Below, piece after piece: positions 9,983-19,391 of a DNA stretch of 64,000 nt. Source of the stretch: an uncultured delta proteobacterium (GTDB lineage Bacteria > Desulfobacterota > WTBG01 > CAIYCZ01); contig CAWDOY010000047.1 of NCBI GenBank assembly GCA_963803975.1, positions 128,001 to 192,000 of the forward strand, read 5' to 3'. A model generated the notes under the pieces. It worked only from the letters and a program-made list of their open reading frames with translations. It was not told the DNA's origin and did no database searches. The first letter of the stretch is position 1; each line of letters opens with the position of its first letter. The translations under genes and the position numbers were made by a program.

Positions 9983-11767
9983 CTTTTTTCCTTATCGCAC
10001 CTTTCCTGCAAAGCTGTGAACAGAGTTCGCATCCGATACACAGACTCGGGTTGACGAATGCCTCACCCTTCTTTTTCTTCAGTTCTGCCTGGTCCTGCGG
10101 CAACAGCGTGACCCATTCAAGAGCCGGACAGCCGAGCTGCAGGCAGGCTTTGCAGCCGATGCATTCACTGCTCTCCACATATAACAGGGGCCGCTGCGCC
10201 CCCTTTTCGACCCGCCGGTACAGCACACAGGGAGAGTCGGTAATGATGACCGAGGGCTCAGGCCGGTTGAGCTCCTTTTTGAGGACTGTATTAAGTTTTT
10301 TCAGGTCAAAGGGATCAACCTTTTTGACGTTCTTTATGCCCAGCGCTTTAACAAGTTTTACATAATCAACTTTGGTTGTTTTTTCTTCCCTGATGGTCAT
10401 GCCGGTACCGGGGTGGTCCTGCCTGCCGGTCATGGCCGTGGTCCAGTTATCAAGTATTATAATCGTGCAGGCGCCGCGGTTATACGCCACATCAAGCAGC
10501 CCGGTAATACCGGAGTGGAGAAACGTTGAATCCCCGATCACTGCCACCACGCGGCCAAGCGCCGCGCTCCCCAGCGCCTTGTCCAGGCCCATGGCGTGCC
10601 CTATGCTCGCCCCCATGCAGATACAGGTATCAACTGCTTTGAGCGGCGGCAGGCAGGCAAGCGTGTAGCAGCCGATATCACCGGCGACAAACACTTTCAG
10701 TTTATTCAGAGCATAAAACAGCCCCCGGTGCGGGCAGCCCGGACACATGGTGGGCGGCCGCGGCGGAAGATAGGGCAGCGCAGCTCCTTTTTTTTCTGCC
10801 CCGGCGGCCCCGCCGATGCCCTGCTCCGCAGTGCCCGGATCAAATTCCCCGCAGGAGGGAAATACCTCTTTGCCGATTATCTCGATGCCGAGCGCCTTCA
10901 CCTGCTCTTCAAAAAACGGGTCAAGCTCCTCAAAGGCGTAGAGCTTTTTCACCTGGCGGGCAAATTCTTTAATCTTCTTTTTGGGAAGGGGATACACCAT
11001 GCCCAGCTTCAGAAATGAATAGCCGGGGAAGGCCTCCCGTGCGTACTGGTAACAGGTGCCGCTGGCGATAATGCCCACGGACGGGTCCTGCAGTTCCACG
11101 CGGTTTTCCGGCAAAATCTTCAGCAAAGGCTTCCAGATCCTTTATGCGCTGCTCCACCAGGGGGTGGCGCTGCCGCGCGTGGGCAGGGACCATAACATAT
11201 TTGCTCGGCTGTTTTTCCAGGGCGGGCGCGGCAGGGCGCTGCTGCGGCTCAGAGAGCTCTACAATCGATTTGGAATGGGAAACGCGCGTGGTGGTGCGCA
11301 CGAATACCGGCGTGTCAAAGCGCTCGCTCAGCTCGAAGGCCAGTTTTAATATAGTCCTTGGCCTCCTGGCTGTCAGCGGGCTCCAGCATGGGGACTTTTG
11401 CAAACTTTGCGTAATTCCGGTTGTCCTGCTCATTCTGTGAGCTGTGCATCTCCGGGTCATCCGCGGTCACAATGACCAGCCCGCCCTTGATGCCGGTGTA
11501 GGAGACCGTAAACAGCGGGTCTGCCGCTACATTCACCCCCACATGCTTCATGGCGGCAAGGGCCCTGCGGCCGCCGATGGCTGCGCCGGTGGCTACCTCC
11601 AGCGCGACCTTTTCATTGGGCGACCACTCGGCATAAACGCCTTCGTAGGTGGCCATGTTTTCCAGTATCTCGGTGCTCGGCGTTCCCGGATAGGCGGTTG
11701 CCACTGCCACGCCAGCCTCATACGCACCCCGCGCAATTGCTTCATTTCCCGTGAGAATAACTTTCAT
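9969..11767 (-). CDS. iorA: Indolepyruvate:ferredoxin oxidoreductase alpha subunit, split over three ORFs by indels
   Basis: GNEAIARGA, YPGTPSTE, SSQNEQDNR, CPGCPHR, GDIGCY, GDSTF, two C-terminal CxxCxxC ferredoxin motifs. Confidence 0.92.
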
Positions 11768-11867
11768 GGCTTTGCTGTCACCTTTCCCGTAGTATGGATA
11801 TTGCGGCTGTGCTGTGCAGCCGAGATTGACAGTCTAATTTTTTTGAACGATTTTTGCAACAGGAATT

Positions 11868-11900
11868 AAAAAAAGGGTGAGTGTTTTATCACTCACCCTT
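11868..11900 (-). terminator. Rho-independent terminator after porin gene
   Basis: aagggtgagtg / cactcaccctt inverted repeat with A-run on + strand. Confidence 0.7.
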
Positions 11901-11923
11901 CAGATACTGCAGCAGAGCTATGG

Positions 11924-13308
11924 TTAGTAGAAAAGAATCAGTTCTACAAATCCATAGTTGTTATCCGTATTTCCCTTATAACCCTTGGGATCATCCAAAT
12001 ACAGGAAGTAGTATTCAAAGAACAGCTTAACCTGCGGATGAATGGTATAGACTATTAACGGCGAGAAACAAGACCGGTCCCAGGCGCGCTTGCGTTTATG
12101 TCCGGATAGCGCTGCTGATCGTACTGGGCCTTTTCGTATTTAACGTAGAAGTCGGTATTAAACTGTTTCAGCTTGTAGCCGGCCATGGCATACCACCAGT
12201 TGGCCTTCACGTCGGAAACCTGGCCCCAGAAGTACTGGCTCTGGAAGTGGAACGGGCCGCGCTTGTACTCGAGGTCAAACCCGGTTCTCCACTCGCGGTT
12301 ATTGGTAGCGGGGTTGCCCAATGGATTACCCGCTGTTCCCGGGTTTCTTCCCATCATGGAATTAAAGGCTGCCATATCAGCGTTGCTGAGGCGCTGATGG
12401 TAGCCGGTGACGCCTGCTTCAAGTCCTTCAATAGGCGCATAGGCAAGACGCATGCTGAGCGCCTTGTTGCTGTTGTCGTCAATGTTCATCTGGTTCTGTC
12501 TCAGATACCTGATGCCGGCCGGGCGGGCGCCGAAGCGCTGGGCTGATGACAGTGACCAGCCGTTGAACACGGCAAAGTTGGCCTTAAACCGGTTCCACTT
12601 GGTCAGATACTGGATACCGGTGATGCGGGACTGGCTGTTGCTCTCGTGGAAGAGACCATAGTCGCTGTATACACGGTCCGGACCGGTGGGGGAGATGCCG
12701 TACGCAAAGTTTCTGAATTTTCCTACCTGCAGCATGCCTTTTACCGGACCACCGAAATCGTTCAGCAGGCAGAACTCATGCCGGAATTCCGCGAACGCGC
12801 TTTCAATAAAGGTGGTCGGTCCTGCCCAGTTTTTATAATCACTGAACCCGACACCATCAGGAGCATTGCCGCTCGGATGCCACCATACATGGAACTCGCC
12901 GGATATATTTTTGGTAATGTCATAGCGCAGGTTGAACGCAATCTCGGTGACGTCAAACGTGGAGGCTTCCTGCTGTCCATCCTGCAGCCTGCTCCTTACA
13001 TAGCCGCCCAGTTTCAAGCGGCCGAATTTCTTTGCCAGGTCATCAATCACCTTGTAGCGGCTTGAAACCTCGGCCATCTTGGTTTCCACCTGCTGCTGGG
13101 TGTTTGCTGACTGCTGCTGGGCAACAGCTGCGTCCTCTTTGGTCTTTTTGAGCTGGGACTCCATATCGTCGAGCTTCTGCTGCAGCTCATCCATCTGCTT
13201 TTTCAGCACTGATATCTGGCTCTCGACACTTGCCGCAGATGCATAATACGGAATGCACAAAGGCAAAATAAAGAGCATTGCTGAAATGAGTACTATTAAT
13301 TTTTTCAA
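11924..13308 (-). CDS. Outer-membrane beta-barrel/porin-like protein with N-terminal coiled coil, C-terminal indel
   Basis: Signal peptide, coiled coil, amphipathic beta strands; alternative frame ends ...FVELILFY* (aromatic C-terminal signature). Confidence 0.65.
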
Positions 13309-13370
13309 GGTTAACCCTCCTCTAAATAGTTACAATATAAATTGTATATCTTTTTTCCCCACGAACGAAC

Positions 13371-13900
13371 TTATTCTTCGGCAGCCGGTGGCGGAGTAGC
13401 TGACAACTCAATCTTTATCGTGAAAGCTGAAAGGAGGTATTATATCAGTAGGATCCAGGTTGCTGACGCTGGTCACGATCAGCCCAAGGGCTGCGAAACC
13501 GAAATTTGACTTGATGGGGATTTTAGTCACTATGGGCAGCGGGTAGGTATTGCTTGCCAGGATATAGTTCGGTGTCCCGTCAATAGCGTAGTAGAAGCCG
13601 AACAGCATATAGCTGTCTTTATAGGTAAAGCTTTTTGATTTATCCTGCGGCGTAATGGTAACGGTAAAGGTGTCGGAAGCATCGCCCAGCGCGACGAGCA
13701 GTGTCGTGGCTATGGGCGCCAGCTCCTGGGTGTTGAAAAGGTCATTGACGTAGAAATTGTCCTGCTTGACGCTGGGTGGGCTCATGATAAAAAGCTTGTC
13801 CAGATCCGTCTGGGCGCTGGCAATCGAAGCACATACCGGCAGATTGCCATGAGAACGGTTAGTACAGATAGACAAATGCTCTTTTTTTCAAGTACTTCAT
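13371..13900 (-). CDS. Hypothetical exported protein, indels at both ends
   Basis: GGAGG RBS and ATG 13900 (MKYLKK), signal-like segment, core ORF 13408-13875, alternative end ...KIELSATPPPAAEE*. Confidence 0.55.
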
Positions 13901-14245
13901 GTCTGTCCCTCCCATTAAATTAAATTGTATTTTGGTTTGTAACCCCTGTCAGAGCTTTTTCAGGCGGGCATAGAACCACCAGCGGTTCTATGGTAATTGT
14001 TGCCCTGTATAGTATAGGTATATTGATATGTCAAATAAAAAATTATGTTTTTTTAAATAATTTTTAGTCGTAAAAATGCTATGAGATGGTGAACGGTCTC
14101 TATGCTTTTCTGTTTCTTCACTTTTTTACTATCAAAAACTACTCAGTTGTGTTATCCGTAAAACCCCGTGAGCAGCGCCGCAAAAGCACTGCTTGTAGCC
14201 CTGCGGTATGCGCGCCATGATAACTTTTTATAAAAGGAGCAGCCG

Positions 14246-15910
14246 GTGAGTAAAAAATTATTTGTAACAGCTCTACTGCTAAATGCTTTTGTTTTTATGT
14301 GTTGTCATGCGGCATTCGCCAGCGAGTTGCGTATTGCTATCTTCCCGTTTTCCGTCCACACCCAGGATGACATTTCCTATATCCGGGACGGCATAACATC
14401 GCTGCTGCCCTCACGGATTGCAGTAAGCGGCAGGCTTTCAGTTATTGACAGCTTTCTGATCCGCAGTGAGCTGGGCAAACTTCCGGCAGAGCATCCGCTC
14501 ACGGCAGATGTGGCGCTCGGGAAAAAACTGAACGCGGATTATATCCTCATCGGCAGCATCACCAAGATCGGCGCCAATGTGAGCCTGGATACGCGCCTGG
14601 TCAATACTGCCTCTCCTGATGATGTCACACCGTTTTTCATCCAGAGCATCGGCTTAAATGACATGCTTCCCCAGCTCACTTCCTTTGGCGCCCGGGTTCG
14701 GCAGAAAATCCTCGGCGGCGGCCCTGAAACAGATGCCGCTGCGGCGCAGCAAGCGCCGGCGCGGCAAAAACTGCGGGCTCCGGCGATGAACCAGGCCCCT
14801 GACGAAACGCTTGAAGCACCCCTTGAACCTGAATACCAGACCGTGGTGCAGCCGCGGGCGGAAAAAAGGCCCCCGCTGTTTGACGCCGCGCCCTTTTATA
14901 CGCTGGATATTGATGGTGAATCACTGAGCTGTATGACCGCGGCAGATGTTGACGGCGACGGCGCGAAGGAACTGCTGCTGTCCGCTGCGCACAGAATTAT
15001 TGTTTATAAATGGGCTGAAGGCGCCCTTAAGCAGAGCGGGGAAATAAAAACCGATATCGGAGAGCACATTGTCCACATAGATACGGCGGATACCAACAAA
15101 AACGGGCGGGATGAAATTTTCGTCACAAGCTTTGAGAAGAGCGCTCCCAATTCGTTTGTGCTTGAAGCGGCAGAGGCAGGAGCATACTCCCGGCTCGCAA
15201 AGTCCCAGCGCTGGTTTTTCAGGATATACCAGCCTCCGGGAAAACGGCTCATGATAATGGGACAACATGCCGGCGAGACCAGTCCCTTTGGCAATGTGAT
15301 CTACACTTTTTCCTGGAAAAACGGGGTACTGGAAGCGCGCAATGAATTCCTGATTCCGGAGTCCCTGCAGCTTTACAGCTTTCTGCAGGCAGACCTCGAA
15401 GGCGACGGCAGTCTTGAATATATTGCGTTTGACAAGGGGGTGTTCAGCTATCAGTATCAGCTGACCATTTTTTCCGGCCTGGGCAGGATGCGCTGGCGCG
15501 ACCAGCACCTTAAACTGGGCGGCGAAGTTAATTATTTTACCAAACGCGTCTACGCGAACGATATTGAACAGAAAGAGTTCCTGCCCATGCGCATCCTGTG
15601 TGATGATTACAACCAGGACGGCAGGCTCGACTTCATCGCCGGCCGCAACTCCAAAAAAGGCAATCTTCTCAGTAAGAGGATGAGCGGCTACAACCAGGGA
15701 GAAGTATGCTGCCTCAACTGGGACGGATATGATCTTGCCCAAAACTGGTCAAGCGGACTGCTGGGCGGTTACGTAACTGATTACGGGGTGTTCGATTTTG
15801 ACGGGGATGGGCAGAAAGAGATTTTTGTTTTATCTGTTTCAGAATCAGGAATTTTGAGCAAGGTAAAAAACCGGCTGTCCGTCTTCAAGCAGGCAGCAGC
15901 AGCGCATTAA
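14246..15910 (+). CDS. Exported protein with TolB-N/CsgG-like N-terminal domain and FG-GAP/VCBS repeats
   Basis: Signal peptide; LNADYILIGSIT; repeats DVDGDGAKE, DTNKNGRDE, DLEGDGSLE, DYNQDGRLD, DFDGDGQKE. Confidence 0.8.
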   Translation: MSKKLFVTALLLNAFVFMCCHAAFASELRIAIFPFSVHTQDDISYIRDGITSLLPSRIAVSGRLSVIDSFLIRSELGKLPAEHPLTADVALGKKLNADYILIGSITKIGANVSLDTRLVNTASPDDVTPFFIQSIGLNDMLPQLTSFGARVRQKILGGGPETDAAAAQQAPARQKLRAPAMNQAPDETLEAPLEPEYQTVVQPRAEKRPPLFDAAPFYTLDIDGESLSCMTAADVDGDGAKELLLSAAHRIIVYKWAEGALKQSGEIKTDIGEHIVHIDTADTNKNGRDEIFVTSFEKSAPNSFVLEAAEAGAYSRLAKSQRWFFRIYQPPGKRLMIMGQHAGETSPFGNVIYTFSWKNGVLEARNEFLIPESLQLYSFLQADLEGDGSLEYIAFDKGVFSYQYQLTIFSGLGRMRWRDQHLKLGGEVNYFTKRVYANDIEQKEFLPMRILCDDYNQDGRLDFIAGRNSKKGNLLSKRMSGYNQGEVCCLNWDGYDLAQNWSSGLLGGYVTDYGVFDFDGDGQKEIFVLSVSESGILSKVKNRLSVFKQAAAAH

Positions 15911-15991
15911 AAATAATGATAATGCGACTGGATACTACATTGGTAATGCATGAAAGCCCGTGATCTATAATCTTTACTGGAACCTTATCTA

Positions 15992-16150
15992 CTATCAGGT
16001 TATTGAAAAAGTAGTTTCTCCCAGGCTGGTCAAAAACATCCAGATGCAAGGCGCGCGAAATCAAGAGGAATGAGGCGTACTTTACAGTACGTCGCAATGA
16101 CGAAGGATGAGCGCAACGAAGCAGATGGGCGTTTTTCAACAGCCTGTTAG
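15992..16150. mobile_element. Non-autonomous MITE-like element, copy 1
   Basis: Ends ctatcaggttattgaaaaa / tttttcaacagcctgttag; near-identical to 22235-22430. Confidence 0.75.
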
Positions 16151-16696
16151 GTGCTGGTCAGTACCTGATTCAGTATTCCCTCGGGGAAGCTTAAAAACCG
16201 CGCTTTTTCCACCTCAATTTTAATAATATCCATGGGAGTTCGGATTGCCTTGAGGTTCATCTGCTTCAGGTCCTGCCGCTCCTCCAGATTCATGATTCTC
16301 CTGGCCTCTTCGTATAACGGACCATCCTGCGGCTTTATAATGACCGCTTTCCCCCATACCTGCAGGCCGGTCACAGACTGAAACCCGGTGTATTCACCCA
16401 CGATGCTCAGTGATACGTTCGGGTTGTCCCTGATATTTTTTACCTTGCCGCCTCCCTCGGTAAGAATATACAGGGTAAGCCCCCGGCTCCGGTAGCGCAC
16501 CGGCGTTGAGCGGGGTATATTCTGCGCGCAGGTGGCCAGGGTGCAGATTTTCTGCTCCTGCAGAAAGCTTATTATCCGTTCCTTTAATTCCTCCTGCGGT
16601 AAGCCGTTTGATTTTTCCCTTCAGTAAGGTTACAAAATCATTTTCAAGCTTTTCATTGTAATCGCTTTCCATGTTTTCCAGGCGTTCATCACTCAT
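16147..16696 (-). CDS. Pyridoxamine 5'-phosphate oxidase-like FMN-binding protein, frameshifted
   Basis: CTLAT..TPxRY..LYILTEGGGKVKNIRDNPNVSLSI..GLQVWGKA across ORFs 16394-16762 and 16147-16500. Confidence 0.7.
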
Positions 16697-16839
16697 GGCT
16701 ACAATCCATCCTAACCCGGACAAGCCGGAACCAAGGTTAACCGCAAAGATAAAAAAGAACAAAGAAGATTGAATTGGAACTCAGGAACTCACAAAGGTAA
16801 AAACAAATCCTGATTTCTTGAGTTCCAGATGCGGCTCAG

Positions 16840-17848
16840 TTATTCCTGGTACTCCTCAAACTCTGCGTCAGGTTCTGCAAGCCCGTCACCGGAACCAAAT
16901 TCCATGGCCTGCACCATTTCCGGGTATGAGGATTTAATGCCTGCAGGAAAACATTCATCGGTGTCAGTTACCGGCTGATCATCAGCTTCCGGATCCTGCA
17001 TAACCGTGTCGATATAATTTTCTGCCCGCTGCAGCATTTCGTGCGAAAGAGCTGCCGTGGCACCGTCAGCATCTTTTCCTTTTGCCACTTGCATGCAATA
17101 CTTCTTCCGCCAGGCGCTCATAGTCACAGTGCCCGTTTGACCGCTTGTCATACATGCCCACCGGCAGGCCGTAATCAACCGTTTCCCGAAGCCTGATGTT
17201 GTAGCGGACTATGGTATTAAACACATTCTCGCCGAATTCCTCGGTAACCTTTTCCAGAACCCGGCGCGAGTATTTAGTCCTGCTGTCAAACATGGTGACG
17301 AGCGCGCGGGACACAATATCATGACCCAGCTTATCCTTAAGCAGCATTATTATTTCTATCAGCTTGGCCACCCCGCGCAGCGAAAAGAGGCTCATATCAA
17401 TGGGGATAATGACCTCCTGGCTTACCCGGAGCGCATTAAAGCAGAGCAGCCCGATGCTGGGCGGGCAATCAATAATCAGGAAATCATAGGGGGTTTTAAG
17501 AGCGGCAATCGCCTCCAGCAGCCGGTCTTCCCTGCCGTCCCTGCCGGCCAGCTCCTGCTCAACGGCACTCAGTATGACACTGGACGGTGCCAGGCTGAAG
17601 CGTTCATTTATCGCAACCGCAATGGTATCGATCCCGGCGTTTTCGTCTTTATGCGGGCTCAACACGTCATACATCGTGCCCTCAAGTTCTGACGACTTTC
17701 TCTTCAGACCCATGGTAGCGTGTGCCTGCGGGTCGCAATCAATCAGCAGCACCCGCTGGTTTCTGAGAGACAGGGAATAAGCGAGGTTGATGGCCGTTGT
17801 GGTCTTGCCGCACCCGCCTTTTTGATTTGCTACAGCAATTATGCGCAT
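16840..17848 (-). CDS. ParA/Soj family ATPase, probably with acidic C-terminal extension (indel near 17080)
   Basis: NQKGGCGKTTT deviant Walker A, LIDCDPQ, IIDCPPS; ORF 16840-17178 gives an acidic tail. Confidence 0.85.
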
Positions 17849-18109
17849 GAAAGCTCTCCTTGGTTTTGTTTTAAAATTATCACCACAGAGGTCACAAAAA
17901 AAATCATTATTACGTATTTAAAAAAGAACACAGAAATCCTCTCTGCATTTTCTGCAATCTCGGCTGTCCTTATTTATTTATATCAAAAGTAAAATTTTCG
18001 TCAAGGGAAAAATACTATATATAGTGGCCAAAACAAAAAATAACCACTATTTATGGGGCACATCAAGGATAAGGCCAGGAAAGGTGGTTGTAGCAGCAAC
18101 GGGAAAAAA

Positions 18110-18877
18110 CTATGAGGAATGGTTTTTATTCTTCAGCACCACTAACATTATAAGAGAGACAACGATAAAAGCTAAAGCCAGCACCTGGGAAACGGCAAAG
18201 GTCTCCAGTATGAGATAGCCGCGGGGGTCTCCGCGAAAATATTCTATAATGAGCCGGGAGAATGAGTAGAAAAAAATCCACAGCAGGGCCAGCTGGCCGT
18301 CAAAGGTTTTTCTGCTGCTCCAGGCCCACAGCAGCAGAAACGTGGCAAGCGAAGCAAACGATGAATAAAGCTGCGTCGGGTGCAGGGCAACGCCGATCCG
18401 GGCCAGGCTCTGCGGGTCGGTAAAAGTGACTGCCCAGGGATAGCTGCACTCCCGCCCGTAGCAGCAGCCCGCAAAAAAACAGCCGATGCGGCCGAAAAAA
18501 TCACCCAGGGCAAGGGCAGGCGCAAACAGGTCAAAGGTCTTCCAGACCGCCATTTGATGGCGCTTCATATATACAACGCCGGCAATAAAGGAGAGAATAA
18601 ACCCGCCAAAGAAGGTCAGCCCGCCCTGCCAGACTTTTAAAATATCCAGCGGATTATGCCGGTAGGAATCAAGGTTCGTCAGCACATAAAAAAGCCGCGC
18701 GCCGATGATTGCGGCAAGTATTATGTAAAACGCAAGGTCAAGGATGGGCTGAGGGTCAAGCCCCTGCTGCCGCGCTTCCCTCAGAGCAAAGCCCAGTCCG
18801 GCAAGAAAGCCCATGGCTACAAACAGGCCGTAGGCCTTTATGGAAAAGTAGGGGGTCTCAAAAATGATCGGGTGCAT
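18110..18877 (-). CDS. lgt: Prolipoprotein diacylglyceryl transferase
   Basis: MHPIIF start; GARLFYV, GRIGCFFAGCCYG, HPTQLY. Confidence 0.93.
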   Translation of the reverse strand: MHPIIFETPYFSIKAYGLFVAMGFLAGLGFALREARQQGLDPQPILDLAFYIILAAIIGARLFYVLTNLDSYRHNPLDILKVWQGGLTFFGGFILSFIAGVVYMKRHQMAVWKTFDLFAPALALGDFFGRIGCFFAGCCYGRECSYPWAVTFTDPQSLARIGVALHPTQLYSSFASLATFLLLWAWSSRKTFDGQLALLWIFFYSFSRLIIEYFRGDPRGYLILETFAVSQVLALAFIVVSLIMLVVLKNKNHSS

Positions 18878-18887
18878 TGCTTGAGTT

Positions 18888-19391
18888 TTATCCTGCAGCG
18901 TGACGCTGTTTTTTGTTTTTCGTGTCAAGCAGCATATCAAGGGCAAGCAGGCAGATGCCAATCGTTATGGCAGAGTCTGCAACATTAAAGGCAGGCCAGT
19001 GAAATGAAGAATACCAGTGGAGATCTATGAAGTCAACAACCGCCCCAAAGCGAAACCGGTCAATCAGGTTTCCGGCAGCACCTCCCAGCAGCAGGGAAAA
19101 GCAGAGCAGTTGCAGGCGCGAGCCGTCTTTTATCTGCGAGAGAAAATAGATAATGATAAAGACCGCCACGCCGGAAATCAGAAGCAGCATGGGGACCCGG
19201 TAGCGGCTTCCAGCCTCGGTTAAAAGGCCGAACGCGATGCCCGGATTCCTGATATGAACGATGTGAAAAAAATTGCGGCTGACTTCTATCTGATGATGGA
19301 GCGGCAGGGTCCGGCAGATCGCAAGCTTGGTCAGCTGGTCCAGTGCCACGACTGCCACTATGATACTTATGATAAACAGATACTTTTTCAT
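18888..19391 (-). CDS. lspA: Lipoprotein signal peptidase II
   Basis: DQLTK, NPGIAFG, GNLIDR, VVDFID, FNVADSAI. Confidence 0.95.
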   Translation of the reverse strand: MKKYLFIISIIVAVVALDQLTKLAICRTLPLHHQIEVSRNFFHIVHIRNPGIAFGLLTEAGSRYRVPMLLLISGVAVFIIIYFLSQIKDGSRLQLLCFSLLLGGAAGNLIDRFRFGAVVDFIDLHWYSSFHWPAFNVADSAITIGICLLALDMLLDTKNKKQRHAAG

